This document shows positions 24,047 to 39,457 of a DNA stretch of 64,000 nt, piece after piece; position 1 is the stretch's first letter, and each line of letters opens with the position of its first letter. Origin of the DNA: Octopus sinensis (Eukaryota); NCBI RefSeq assembly GCF_006345805.1, contig NC_043013.1:33728001-33792000 (forward strand), written 5' to 3'. The translations under genes were made by a program, and so were the position numbers. The notes under the pieces are model-generated. The model was not told the DNA's origin, searched no databases, and saw only the letters and a list, made by a program, of their open reading frames with translations.

Positions 24047-24605
24047 CTGCATTATTATAAATCCGCTGTTACATGAGCTAAATTTAACAACAGTACGGTA
24101 ATATATAATTTGAGGACTATTTTTGCTACTACTTCTAACAACTTGAAGGTATCTTTCGATGAACTAGGGACCGAACGATTTGGTCTGAGTCCTTCATCGA
24201 GTTAAGTCAGTCTGCGTGTCGCGCTGTTTTGTCTCTCTTAATTAACCCCCGCAACCCTTTCTGAATACATCCATCTATATTTTTCTTTCAACTTCTCTCT
24301 CAGTGTCTTTCCAATATGCTTGTCTTCCTTTCTCTTACCATACATAACTCTCTTAGCATTTCCCCTACGCACGTTTCTCTTTTCTTCCCTCATACACACA
24401 TATTCTCATGCTATAATTCACTCCACTTCTTCTTCACTTGGTTTCCCTGGCAAACCAAATATATATCCTTCTACCGTTACTTTTAATCTCCCCTTCAATA
24501 TTTCCTTTTCCACTTTCACTTTCTCTTTCGCTCCAGCATTTTTTCTTTTTTTAACCCCCTTCTCTATCTCTCTTTCTCCTCTCTCTCTTTATCTATCTAT
24601 CTATC

Positions 24606-24667
<62 letters not shown>

Positions 24668-24969
24668 GCTCCCTCTCTTCGTGACTGGCTTTTTATCCGC
24701 TACGACACGACTTCCCATTCAACACCTTTCACTCGAATTCCATCAAGCAATCTCCGAACGACCTATACATATTTTCTAATTATCACACTTTCTTCAGCTT
24801 TTCTTATCTCACCTTTTATATCTATCTGGCTATCTCTCGATCTTGATATATTACACACACACACACCACACACACACACACACACATGTATATATATACA
24901 TATATATGTATATATTTGAATACATGTTTACGTACATATAAGCATATGTATATATGTGTGTATATGTGC

Positions 24970-25003
<34 letters not shown>

Positions 25004-25099
25004 GTATATATATATGTGTGTGCATATATACATACATATATACATACACACACACATATATATATATATATGTATATATATATTATATATATATATATG

Positions 25100-25150
<51 letters not shown>

Positions 25151-25848
25151 ATATATACATACATATATATATTACGTATATGTGTATGTGTGCATATATA
25201 TTTATCTTCCCATAAGTCTCGATCTATCTAGCCTCTTAATATACGCACGCACGAACACACACACACACACACACACCCTAACACACGTATATACATAATT
25301 TTCCTTGCATGTATATCTATCCTGTCTATCGATATTTCAATCTATCCATTGACCTACCAAACAACATACCAACCTATCTCCGCCACCGCCTATCCATCCA
25401 CTCACCTACCCAACTACCTCCCTACCTACATCCTTACCTCCCTACCTACGTACATAGCATCTTGCCTACATCCCAGCTTCCCATTCTGGTTCATTTATAA
25501 ATAAAACAAAGAATGAAATGTATTTGTAATTGCAAGACTGTTTGAGATTCAAAGAGCTCTTTGATTATAAAGATTAACTTAATCTCTATAATTATCATTA
25601 ACATGTGACCTACACTTTCTAATCAAACAATAATGAGTAGCAGAGATAGTAAAGCATATTTTCTAGGTTTATTGGAGGTGGGGGTTAGTAAGAATTACAT
25701 GTATGTATGTATGTATATGTACACACATACATATGTACGCATTCAAATATATGTACATGTATGCATACATATATGCCAATGGTAAGAGCGTACTTTCTCG
25801 ATTAATTAGATGAGGGGAAGACAATGAATATGAACCTACATACACACA

Positions 25849-25889
<41 letters not shown>

Positions 25890-25947
25890 GTACATAATTT
25901 AAACACATACACACGCACAAACACATTCACACATATGTATATATATG

Positions 25948-26030
<83 letters not shown>

Positions 26031-26257
26031 GATAGATAGATAGATGCATAAATTAAACACATGCACGCACACATATACATCGATCCTACAGACACACACA
26101 CACACGCACAGACTCACTCATGCATATTTTTATTCATATAAGCATGTATACATATTCTGAGAGATTAAAATATAGATCACAATACTGATAAACGAGAAAA
26201 TGCGTATGAATATATATACATACATACATATATACATACATACATACATATATACAT

Positions 26258-26303
<46 letters not shown>

Positions 26304-26616
26304 TATATATATACCTGTATATGTACACACGTGATAAAGTATATACACAAATACGTATATGTATGCATATATGTGTGTGTGTGTGTTTATGTATAGACGT
26401 AATATATACAAAGATATGAATATATTCATACGTACATAATGAAAATATATGTATATATATATTTTCCATATATAACGCATAAATACCGCGTTAAGCATCA
26501 ATTAGTCAAAGCGTCAACGTAGCTGCTTCTGTTCATAGTCATGTGTGCACGTATACAAGTGTACGTGGGTGTGTGAATGTAAATGTACACACACAAACAC
26601 ACACACACACATACAT

Positions 26617-26938
26617 GCTTAGTGGTTAGAATATTTTTCTCACGAGCGTAAGGGCGCGAGTTCGATTCCCGGCAACGCGTTGTGTTGTGTCGTGTCCTTG
26701 AGCTAGAACACTATTTCACCTTGCTTCTGTCCACTCAAATGGCGAAAACAAGTAATACCTGTATTTCAAAGTGCCGACTTTGTCATTTTCTGTGTCCCGT
26801 TGACTGTCACCGAGAGACTACATCAAAGGAAGCGTGTCTGTTGAGTACTCAGCCATTTTCCACATTTATTTCACGAGCAGTCTGCTTTGCTGTTTGGATC
26901 AACTACAACACTCGTCGTCGTAACTGACGGAATGCCAG
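26617..26938 (+). mobile_element. SINE-D copy
   Basis: Colinear with 13830-14154 (GCTTAGTGGTTAG, GAGTTCGATTCCCGG, CTCGTCGTCGTAAC). Confidence 0.8.
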
Positions 26939-27092
26939 TTAGAGATAGAAAGAAAGAAGAGAAGAAAAGATAGACCGATATTTAGTCAAAGAAACCGACA
27001 GATAGATAGATGAAATAATCATAATAAACAGAATATTGTCAAATACTAAGGTTAATGTAACTCGCAGCAGTCCGTACCTATATTAGAAACAT

Positions 27093-27152
<60 letters not shown>

Positions 27153-27160
27153 TATTATTT

Positions 27161-27290
27161 CGGAAGTTAGACTGAACAGCCATTCTTGAACTGTTTTACA
27201 ATGTCTGTCAGGTGTATCCAGTCTGCACCATATGTCAGACCATCTTCATGCTCAGTTGATTTTGGTATGAAAATTGGTTCCATCTGTGAC
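27161..27290 (-). mobile_element. Possible 3' end of a non-LTR element with (AAT)n tail (27092-27160)
   Basis: Unique block with GTCTG/CAGAC hairpin abutting a pure (ATT)n; class not established. Confidence 0.3.
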
Positions 27291-29931
27291 TCGGCTTTAG
27301 TCCACGCACACATACACACACACGCGCGCGCGCGCGCAACATACATTCAATTTTAATAGAAAATTATTTGAGGGAGACGTTGCTGCTATTTTTAGCAAGT
27401 CGAACTAGTGACCAAATGTCATGAATTCCAATCTGCTTTCTCATGACGTTCTGCTCTTTAGCAAAACACATTCTACATTACTTTAGTTGTTATTGTTTTG
27501 TTGTAGTGTTGCTGGTCGTGTAGACCAATGACTAACGGCATTCCAGCCGCGATTCCTTCATACACAGTTTCCTGTATAAAGTGAACTCAGAATCACATTA
27601 TCCAAAATCTCCCTTTCTAAGACGAAGGGATTTTGAGCCGAGGTTGATATGGCTGTTGTTTCTGGTATTTTTGGTGAAGCCTTCACGTAAAGGCACATTC
27701 TTTGTCGCGTAAATATATCATGCATTGTGATCAATGCTAACTTCGTTCAATTGTCTTACCCCATACAATTATATTCGCAGTTAGCCTATTCATGCTCCCC
27801 ATTTTATATATCTTAACATTTGTCCATCCGTCTACCTACTTCTCTATTGGTCTGATTGTATGTCTATCTCCCCAGATTATTATTTCTAACCATATTTTCA
27901 GTACGCTTTATTTTAAACATAGATTTGAAGGGTTTTGGGTGTATGTATTATTGTTTTGCCTTAGGTCAGCACCGACCGTTTGTACTGTGAGCGTACATTT
28001 CTTTTGTATATCAAAGAATACATTGGTTACTGTTTGAATTATGCGACATATTGTTTCTCTCTCTGGCAAGCTGAGAAACCGCAAAAAGGGGATCTGATAG
28101 CAGATCACGTTTGTATTGGTTCACACGCTGGCTACTAGTACTGCAATCAGTTTATATATATATTTTTTCAGTATTATCTATCCCGAAAGTTATATTGGTA
28201 GATGTGTAAATAATGTTTTATTTTAAGCTCTTTTAAAGGATAACAACGGAGTATTTTTGAAAAATGAAGTGATTTTAGACTGAAAATTTAATCAAATTTA
28301 TTTTGATGTCCCAATCAACATGAGTTTCCCAATAAGCACTGGAATCTATTATAAATCACACATTTTGAAGAGGTGATTACAGTAAATTGAAGAAGCTTTA
28401 GAATACTTTTATGGAGGGATAAAGCGCAAAATGAACATCGCAAAAATTTATATTCAGAACGCAAAGGCATTTTGTGTCACTCTACCGATTCCAATCTTTT
28501 GTCTTGCAGCCTGGTAAACCATTATTCCAAAGTTAATTCAACTTTCTCTTATGCCGATCAGTCACTACAACAAACCACTTCCTTAGAATACGAGAAATTA
28601 CAGCAAAATATTCTCTATATCATGTTCTGTCATAAAAAGGGATACTGTACATGTATCTGAAAGGAAGAGTGCTGGTCGTGGTTGGAATGTCTTTGATCAT
28701 ACTTCTGCTCAATTAGAGCTAACAGTACCAACACTCCTCCACTCATTGACCTCGCGTCTTATATATATTTTTATTCCTTGTCCTCGCCAACACACCATAG
28801 CAGACTCGACGTATTTTTTCTCCTTATATTAATAACAGTAACTATGCTCTGATCAATTTTTCTCTCCAACCTCAAGTCTGCAGGAGTTCAAAATGTGCAT
28901 TAAACCGTATCAACCTCCCCAAGCTATAACTATTCAACTGTGACTATTATACAGAGAGCTCCACCTCCTCACGATAACAAAACGCAATCCTGCCAAATGA
29001 CGGCCCTCCGTTTGTCTTGTTATTAATATTTTCATTTAAATTTTTTATAGCATATTGATTATTGTCATGGCTATTTTTTTTTTTAAATTATATTTTTTTA
29101 TATCAAAGAAAAATGAAATGACGGCCATTTTCTCTTTGTGTTTATTGGTGCAATTTATTATTTTTCTTTATTTTTTTGTCTGTTTCTTTTTTAATAATAT
29201 CTGTTTTTGCTCTTGATCCTATTGTTTTTTTATTATTCTTATTACTATTGATGATGGTCGTGTTTTTGTTGAAGCTATTATTCGTGCTATCGTAGTGTAT
29301 TTTTTTATTTGTTTTGTTTTCTTTTCCATGTTGAAATGATTTTGGTTTGCATTTATTAAAAATTTCAAAATGAATCGATTAACGCGGACACTAAATGAAA
29401 CAATTTATCCATTGTCCTTTAATTATATTTTCCATTGGTCTCTATTACCAAAGGTTTTCTTCTTGCCCTGCCTACTGCTACTGTTGTTGTTGTCGAGTTA
29501 TTGTTTTTGTTTTGCTAAGAGTTCAGTTGTGGTCGACCAGACGTGCGATCAAAGGCGTTATTCTCGTGGTCATTTGCTTTCTAAGGATGTCTGGTAGTTC
29601 ATTATTTTACGCGTTCACTTTTTAAAGACACTAGTGCATTGTTTGAGGATGATTTAGTGACTGTTATTTCCTTCTGTCTGAAAGATCACTACAAGGCTCC
29701 TTCCCTAACGTCCTTTTCGTATATATGTATATATATATATATACACGCACACATGTCTGTATATATATATATATATATATATATACACGCACAGGTATGT
29801 GTGTATGTATATATATGTATATATATACACGCACATATGTGTATGTATATATATGTATATATATATACACGCACACATATGTATGTATATATACATACAT
29901 ATATATGTATTTATACATATATATATATATA

Positions 29932-30323
29932 TTTTACTTTTTTACATGTTTGTCATTTGACTGCGGCCATACTTGAGGACCGCCTTCAATCCAAGAAGTT
30001 GATCCCAAGACTTATTCTTTGTTAGCCTGGTACTTGTTCTATCGGTCTCTTTTGCCGAACCGCAAAGTTTCGGTGACATAATCACCCAAACATTGGTTGT
30101 CAAGTGATGACGGGGAGGGGGGTGACAAACACACACACAAAGACACATACACATAAATATATCTACATTTAAATACACGACGCGCTTCTTTGTTTCCGTC
30201 TACCAAATCCACTCACAAGACTTTGGTCGGCTCGAGGCTATATAGTAGAAGATACTTGCCCAAGATGCCACGCTGTGGGGCTGAACCCAGGACCATGTGG
30301 TTGGGAAGCAAGCTTTTTATCAT
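29932..30323 (-). mobile_element. Full SINE-B
   Basis: Both modules present on the minus strand. Confidence 0.85.
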
Positions 30324-30627
30324 ATTCCTTTACTTTTGCGAGTTTGAGCTCGAGAGCTGCGGCCATGTTGGAGCACCGTTTATGCAGAAGCCTCTTTCCA
30401 TTGCAAATTAATTTAATTTCGAAATTATGTTCAGCATTAAGATATCGTAATATCTAAGATATATCGTAGTATCTAAGATATTATCGTGTTTAGCAAGGCA
30501 ATTTACAAAGGGAATGACGAATGTTTTCCTGTTCAACAAAAGATTTTTAGTTTTTACCTTTCCAATCATTGTAGACAAAAGATAGGGGGAGATGTTATAT
30601 GAACGGCAATGTAATATACATGGTTTA

Positions 30628-31070
30628 AAGCGGCGAACCGGCAGAGCAAAATGCATAGCGGTATTTCGTCCGACGGCGAGCTGGCAGAAACGTTAGCACG
30701 CTGGGCGAAATGCTTCGCGGTATTTCGTCTGCCTTTACGTTGTGAGTTCAAATTCCGCCGAGGTCGACTTTGCCTTTCATCCTTTCGGGGTCGATAAATT
30801 AAGTACCAGTTACGAACTGGGGTCGATGTAATCGACTTAATACCTACGTCTGTCCTTGTTTGTTCCCTCTGTGTTTAGCCCCTTGTGGGTAATAAAGAAA
30901 TAGGTATTTCGTCCGACCTTACGTTCTGAGTTCAAGTGCCACCGGGGTCGACTTTACCTTTCATCCTTACGGGGTCGATAAAAATAAGTACCAATTGAAC
31001 ACTGGGGTGTGTGTAATCGACATATCCCCTCTCCTGAGATTTGTGCCAAAAAGTTGAAGCTAATATAACA
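30628..31070 (+). mobile_element. Young SINE-A1 (30675-30902) inserted into the head of an older SINE-A2
   Basis: Perfect 15 bp TSD GGTATTTCGTCCGAC at 30660-30674 and 30903-30917. Confidence 0.9.
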
Positions 31071-31402
31071 CACATGGTGAAAATTTTAGGGAGAATATCT
31101 TTGATTTAAAGGTCCCTATATATTTGTCGTCGATAAATTTATGGGTTGTAGGACGAAAATTAGTCTCAACTATATTGAGAATATTAAGAGGGGAATGTAA
31201 CTGTGGTGGGTCACTTATTTAGTGATGGGTCAAATTTGATAAGAGAATCTTCATAGAGGAAGCATCGACCACATTTTATGAGTGGCTTGTATTCGAGTCA
31301 ACGAAAGAGCCTCTGTGCAGTTGCTAAATTGATTAGAAAAAGCAATCAGATGTCTCTCAGACGCACAAACGTATACACATATACATACATAATATATATA
31401 TA

Positions 31403-31568
31403 CGACGGGATTCTTTCAGTTTCTGTTTACTAAATCCACTCACAAGGCTTTGATCGGCCCGAGGCTATATAGTAGAAGGCACTTGCCGAAGGTGCCACGC
31501 AGTGAGAATGAACCCGGAACCATGTGGCTGGTAAGCAAGCTACTTACCACACAGCCACTCTTGCTCCT
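31403..31568 (-). mobile_element. SINE-B 5' module
   Basis: Reverse complement of head and CORE-like part. Confidence 0.85.
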
Positions 31569-34455
31569 ATACGGAAAAATACCTATGATCCTAGTTTTTG
31601 ATCAATTCGCCTAGATATGAAGTTAAGCCACAGCAGCACCATCAACGAGAGAGACTTCAATCACGACTGCTTCTACCGCGACAACGATGACGATGACGAC
31701 GACGACCACCACCACCACCCTCACTACTACTACTATGTAGAATATTGTGTCTGGCTCATGAAGGGAACGAAATGTGTTTGTAGATTTGAACTCTCGGTCT
31801 AGGATTACATTTAACTTCTATTAAACAATCTCAGAACAATGAAAGAGGAATAGTTAGCCACATCTCTCTCAAATCTCATTTCATCACCTCAAAAACAGAC
31901 GGATTGAATAATGTCAATCTGGGCTGAGTGCACTTAGGAAAAGGCGGAATGGTCATAGCTGGATTGTATCTGCTTCATCGTGGCTGACCTGATGGTCTTC
32001 TTGATCGATACCCATTCAAAATATCGGAACACTATTTAAAAATTTTTTTAAATCACCTTTGATATTTCAGGACACACACCCTCAAGATATACAATACATG
32101 TTTCCCTTGCACGCATTCCGTTGTTGCCCTTACATAACATGAAAAGCATGCAATGCCAAATATACAGCTTACTAAAAGTTCTTGCCTTCAATGGCCTCTC
32201 AGATATAGTATATATACACACAACGCGTGTCCGCATTAACGTTAAGCCATTTACTCTACGTCGATTGACTGCAAGAACGCCGTTGTTGGCTTACAAACTG
32301 TTTTGTAAAATGGCGTCAGACTATTTGCTTGAAAATACATTACTTTCCGGTACCCCTAATCTATATATAAACATAAGTTTAAGAAATTTATGGGTATACA
32401 TGTTTCTCTGCGAAATTATCATCACCTTTTGCTTATTTTTCTTACTTATTCAGACAAGAAACGTCAACAAACACGACATTTTGCGGCCTCATCGAAATTC
32501 TTCAAACCGAAATTGAGAACTGGCACGTAATTTTTCATCAGAGTAGATTCCACTAGTCATACTAAGGAAGAACGGTGATGTGAACTGGGTATAAGCTTAG
32601 ATATATCCACTAATAACAAATACAAAGTACAGCCCATGCTACGTGCTTCTTCACATTATCCGCCAACTAAATTTTTAAATCGACATAGTTCGTTTTTGCT
32701 TCTTAATTTGTTTCCTCTTGAGGGGAGTTGAAATGCAAAGTAGGGCCCTGGTGAATGTGCTTTGTTTTATGTTTCGATATTTTTCGCCTTTTAATAATGC
32801 ATCCTTTTGCCATTTTACAAACAACGTTACTAGTATTTGTGTGTCGAAGATCAATAACAAATATCGATATTTTGCCCTTTTCATTTTATTTCCATCCCCA
32901 AAACCATTTCTTACTCCTCCTGACCTGTGGTGGTTATTGGTTTATCTCACACATAATGACGTTTTTTTTTTAAAATACAAAAACCAATAAAATTAGCCAT
33001 AACAGTAACAATAATAACAATAACAACAACAACACAATACCTCTATGGTGTTAGTATTTTTATAGACTATTAATCTTTATTTTAATTGTTTCAAAACACT
33101 GGTTTAATGGTTTAAAAATTGCCGATCAAAAGGTGATCAATATTTTACATTGGGGAAAAGTCTGGTGTGTGTATTTATATATTTATTTATATTATTTGTT
33201 GATATATTTGTTTATTTTGCGTTTAGTTTTAATTACAATTTCTGAGATATAGTAATTAAAACGGTCGTGTAGCAGTATAAGATTTAGCTTTGTGGTAATA
33301 TAGAATGCGGTTTTGTGGTATTATAAGTGCATTGGGTTTGTAATGTATTTTGTAATCGAAAAACTACGATTTATAACTCCATTATTAATGATTCATCGTT
33401 CTATATTCAGAAACGTGTTTAGTAAGTGCTTATAGAAATGACCAGAATCTTTTAAAAGGGCTGTGAAAGCGCCAACAATTCTCATTATATCGCCTTAAAA
33501 ATGAAAATATTATATAAGGTAATCCAGAGAAATTTCTCTAGATTACCTAGATAGATGATAGATTGCTATGGTTGGGATGCTGTTGATCACATGGCGCTAT
33601 TCGATGAGAACCGACTACTGGTGAATTATCAGCGAACGCGGAAATGTAGGCAGTGGCACGGCCTGTGTGAAACAACACCCAAATATTTTTCGGAAAAGAA
33701 TATATATATCACATTATGCAGTTCCTGAATGCATAATGTATATAGGGGGTTGCAATGCTTTTCACTGGTCAAAGATTTTTTAATTAACAATGAAGGCAAA
33801 CACTACAATACACAACCACAATAGCGAGAGTATTTCAAATGAATCTTCTTTAGATCATTAGTTGCACATAGACGTAACGATCAAGCAAAATGTTAAATTT
33901 GAGATAAGCCTTCAAAGTCGAAGCTATCCTAAGCAAAATAAAAACAGAAGCCAAATTACCTTAAGTCAAAATTTAATAATTTCCAAATATATGAAAAAGA
34001 TGTTAAGAGCTTGATCGGAGCTGAACTGAAGCAGCGCAACAACAACCATGTTTTAAACGTCAGTATATTTTTTACTTCACTCGAGAGCTTCAAGATTTGC
34101 TCAGAGTAGCATATATCCATATGGGAACTATACTATAGGAATCTTATGGAAACCTATTGTGAAAACATTGCAAATTGAACAACTCAGTGGTAGGTTAATT
34201 ATAACGCTTGAGTATGCTCATCTTTCTATCTCAAAATTATCGAAACCACCAGTTCAATATTCATAATGGGCAACTCGTATAAAGAGGGAAGTAAACTGCT
34301 GGTTCGAAATGGGATGTCATTGAATTTCATATCTAACGCTCACCTCTGAGTTTCCACTTTTTAAGAAGTAGCTGCATAGTGTACATGTTGCAATTGCACA
34401 GATAATGAGCTCTTAGGTATGTACATTAAATTAGAGTTGATATAATTAGTACGTA

Positions 34456-35048
34456 AAGGCGGTGAGCTGGCAGAATCGTTAGCACGCCGGGCGAACTGCT
34501 TAGCGGTATTTCGTCTGCCGCTACGTTCTGAGTTCAAATTCCGCCGAGGTTGACTTTGCCTTTCATCCTTTTGGGGTTGATTAAATAAGTACCAGTTACG
34601 CACTGGTGTCGATATAATCGACTTAATCCGTTTATCTGTCCTTGTTTGTCTCTTCTGTGTGTAGCTCATTGTGGGCAGTAATGAAATAGCTATTTCGTCC
34701 GCCGTTACATTCTAAGTTCAAATTCCACCGAGGTCGACTTTGCCTTTCATCCTTTCGAGGTCGATAAATTAAGTACCAGTTGAGTACTGGGGTCAATGTA
34801 ATTGACCTAATCCCATTGTCTATCCATGGTTGTCCCCACTATGTTTAGCCCCATGTGGGCAATAATGAAATAAGAAATGTTAGCACGCCGGGCGAAATGC
34901 ATAGCGGCATTTCGTCTGATTTTTACGTTTTCAATTCAGATTCCACCGAGATCAACTTTACTTTTACTCATTTCGGTGTCGCTAAAACAAGTACTAGTGG
35001 TCGATTTGATAAAAATTTTCGGGTTTGTGCCAAAATATGAAACAAATT
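34456..35048 (+). mobile_element. Nested/tandem array of three SINE-A units
   Basis: Junctions at 34688/34689 (GAAATA|GCTATTTCGTC) and 34872/34873 (GAAATA|AGAAATGTTAGCACG). Confidence 0.85.
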
Positions 35049-36585
35049 TAATAAATAATAAAAAGAAAAAAAAGGCAAGTGTTATTTAAAAATAAACACT
35101 GCATTTTAATTTTGTCTCCGCGTGTAAGGGATACTATACTAGTTATATTTTTAGTGTTATCGTTCTCATCAGTGAGATACAGATTTTATTTCATATACAA
35201 AATTAGTGATTATGTAATCTGTTTGTTTCTGTTCCTCAAATATTTTCGGTCTAATACTAAACAGTGGCCTGGCAAAGATCTTGGCCCCAGATTAAACTGG
35301 GTTGAATTTATATTACAAGATTATACATTAGCTAGCTCCTTTCAAAATATTTGAGCAGACTCATTAAATATATAGTAATTGCGTGGATTTATTTAACTAA
35401 GTTCAATAATGTTATGTGAAATTAACCACGTCAAAAATTAATCCTGTAGCTTTTAAATAGATTTTCGAGAAATTATCAATCTTTTATCTGTGAGAATCTT
35501 TAACAATTACGGCAAATGATTGCTTTTTCGTCTCAAAAGAAAATTTTAACTACAAGCTAAAATTCTTGGGAACTTTGTTTTGTTGTATATAAAAACCTAT
35601 ATCGAATGAACAAAGCAATATTGAATACACGAATCTATAGCAATTATGTATAATAAAATTAAAACATGGCCATATATGTTCACCACTATTTTACTAGCAA
35701 CAAAACACAAGCTCCATATTTTCCCCAAAGCATCTAAATGAATTTTGAATTGTCTCATGTGTTTGAAAATCAGTAACAGTGTCCGCTTGGTTTCTATTCA
35801 ATATCTAGTCAGAAGAGAAATTTCAATGACCCGAAAACACTTTCTTTGTATATTTCTTTTCTATGTTGTTCTTATTTTTGAACACGCCGTTCAGCAAATA
35901 ATCTCTTATCTTATCCTAACAAATAGCTTTGCAGCAACGGTAATACTACAACTTAACAGTTAATCCAATGACAACACTGTTAAGATAATTAGCAGATTAT
36001 TTTTACAAATAATTTGAATTAGGTAACATCGACAATTGCAAAGATCAAAAGGATAAGACGATGAAGAGGAGAAGGGCGACGTCGATAATAATAAATTATG
36101 ACGACGACGACAACAATGATGCTGGTGTTGGTTATAATTACATCGTTGAGTATTGATGTTAGCGATGATTGCAGTTTTGATGATGACATTCAAAGGAGAG
36201 AAAATAATTACAATGACTATAATAACGAATGTAATGATGATGGTGATGACGACGATGATAATGGCGATGACGGCGATGTTCTTTTTTAGCTGGTGGAGAC
36301 AGGTTTGTGCTACAAAAGGTTTCAATTGTAATTGTTTTGTTTCTTTTGTCGGTTTTAGTGCACGTACAAATATATTATCAAAACTGACCTTCGTTTCTTA
36401 TGACATCAGAGTGGGGTTAGCAAAAGATTAAGCAACTATATCTTGCAAATAAATCAAAAACACTGTTTATATTAATGGCTTCTTAAAAAAGAAAAGACGT
36501 AAATAGCTCAAAATATATTGGTATTAACACATAAGCACACCGAATGAAATACTACACGTATGCAAATATATATATATATATATAC

Positions 36586-36631
<46 letters not shown>

Positions 36632-36647
36632 TGTGTGTGTGTGTGTA

Positions 36648-36822
36648 GGGGCAGGCGTAACACTGTGGTAAGAAGTTCGCTTCCCAGCTTCATGGTTCCA
36701 GGTTCAACCCCACCGCGTGGAAACTAAGACAAGTTCTTTCTACCATAGAATAGTGCGGACTAAAGCTTTGTGAGTGAATCTGGAGGACGGAAACTGAAAG
36801 AAGCCCAATATGTGTGTGTCTG

Positions 36823-36889
<67 letters not shown>

Positions 36890-37100
36890 TACATATGTGA
36901 GTGTATGTGTGTGTCTTGTCTGTATTTCTCTCCCATCACCGGTTGACAAGCGTATCCGTAACTTAACGGTTCTGCAAAAAGATACCGATAGAAAAAGTAT
37001 CAGGCTTAAAAACAAAGTACTGGGATTGATCTATTCGACTAAAATATTCTTCAAGGCTGTGCCCCAGCATGGTCGCAGACTAATGAGTGAAACAAAAATT
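36648..37100 (+). mobile_element. Full SINE-B
   Basis: Head, CORE-like part, internal (TA)n, 3' module. Confidence 0.8.
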
Positions 37101-37165
37101 AAACAAACTATATGCATATATAACATAATATATATATACACATATATGTCTATATATGAGTGTGC

Positions 37166-37218
<53 letters not shown>

Positions 37219-37286
37219 TTAGTATGTGTAGAGATACACGCGTGCGAACATACATATATGTATATAGGTATATATTTGTCTATCTA

Positions 37287-37328
<42 letters not shown>

Positions 37329-38333
37329 TATGCATACGTAATGGACACACGCATATGTATGTGTGTGTGCGCGCATGTGCGTGCGCGTGTATCTTTGTAT
37401 ATCAAACTGCATTCAAAGATCGGGTGACTGATATTCTAATACAACACAATGCTTGCTGCGCAATTAAACCGAATCACTTTTACAGTAGCTGGATATAGAT
37501 AACAAATATCTTAATATATTGTATGTATGTATGTATATATACACCCAGAGGCTTATACACACACACACACACAGTAAGATTAGCAATTTTAGAACTCGTA
37601 ACGCTTTATCGTTGCTATCATTGTTAGTTTTGTGGACGCAGTTGGTTTTATTAGTTTAAAACCAGTCACAATGTTCAATCGACGGTAGATGATGGATTAA
37701 AGACGATTAAAAAAGAATTGATTTTCATCTTGGGTCAAGTTCTACTGAAAAATTATCATCATCGTCATTATCATCACCAGCTTCATCGTCGTCGGCGACG
37801 AAGTCATCTCACTGGCTGCCGTTGTCGTCGTTGTCGCCGTCGCCAGCGGCTTCATTATCATTAATTTTTAACGATCATTCTATGATGAAGATGATGTTTA
37901 ATGTATTTTGTTGCAGGAATTTCTCGAGTAAGCTCTGGAGTAATTATTTTGGGTTGCTGCGGCTGTGTGTAACAGTTTAATTTATCATACTGTTCCACTG
38001 CTTTATAAGCGGGTCACTGAACACGACATACCGAAATTTTCGTTCCGGGTCTCGTGAAAGGTCAAGCTGACCGCTGTTTATAATTCGTGCTTATATACGC
38101 TTAGTCATACATACATATATGCAGACTTGCATACAGAGATACGCGCGCACACATATGAATGTATATATATGTTATATATATATATATATATGTATAGATG
38201 GAGAGAGGCGAGGTAAAGAAAGAGACAGAGAGATATATAAAAAGGGAGATAGATAGGTAGATAGCTATTTGTATGTTTGTATATGTGCGTAGATAAATTT
38301 GTCTCTGGTTACGTTTATATATGTATGAATAAA

Positions 38334-38388
<55 letters not shown>

Positions 38389-38567
38389 ATCTATCTATCT
38401 ATATCTATCTATCTATATATATATATATATATATAACTATGCGGATGTATTTAACAGTATATTTGAAGAAATGTTCAATTTTAATGGCATCTATATATGT
38501 ATGTATATGTAAGTATGTATGTCTATTTATCTAACCATACATACAGACATACACACACACATAGATA

Positions 38568-38761
38568 AATGCGGTGCTGAAAACTCCTGGCTTTAAGGGT
38601 GTCGCCAAAGGCCTGGTTGGAAGCCCAACGTTCCGAGTTCTTTTACAGAGTTTAGAAAGACTGTAGGACTGCTGCAATAATTTTGTGAATCTGAGAAGGA
38701 AATATGTTGAACAAAATCAGAATTATCTGATTTTCCCCTATTTTCTTTTCAGCACTCCTCG
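38568..38761 (+). mobile_element. Mariner-derived MITE
   Basis: TIR cores GTGCTGAAAA / TTTTCAGCAC, ends CCTCG|TA; internal EFFLQSLERL*DCCNNFVNLRRKYVE resembles a mariner C-terminus. Confidence 0.75.
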
Positions 38762-39457
38762 TATATATGACCGAGTTGACTGATTCGTTAGGCAGTAGGA
38801 CACAATCTAGAGTGCTTTCTGAGATTAGTTAGGAAACTCCGGACGTGTAGATCAAATCGCGTTGATGTCAGCTATAGCTTTCACTCGCACAGAGTGGTTG
38901 ATTTGTTTGAGCGCCGATATTTATTTATTTATTTATTTTAGCAGTGAAATTTCCCATATCAGTAGCGCCGGCACAAATATCTCCAGCACAGATATAGCAC
39001 CAATGTAAACCAAAAGAAACTTCAGCATTGTCACAACCATACTACTATGATCTCAACATTTTTGTATCACTAATAGAGAGCTTCAAGAACGGAACAGAAG
39101 CACCAAGCAGTGATGTACAAACTTGTTATCAGTTCCAATATGCTTGAGACATATTCGAATGCTTAACAAAGCCATTTACAACGACCAATGTTGTGATAGA
39201 ACGTGGTTCTTCTTTCCACTTAATAAAATGAATTCATGTTCTGAATTTGTCCTTCAAACAAGTATGGAATCTTTTTCGAGAAAAAGGAAATGGTGTCATG
39301 AACAACTATACATACATGTATACATACATATATCCTTATGTAGATACATACATTTATACACACACACACACACATATATGTATATATAAAAGACCGAATG
39401 AGATAACAAATCCAAGGCTGAGAGGAGTTTTCAGGACAGGACAGTTATAATGAAATA

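Noticed and set aside
31617-31802. ORF with D/H/Y runs
   Set aside because: Compound (GAC)(CAC)(TAC) trinucleotide repeat.
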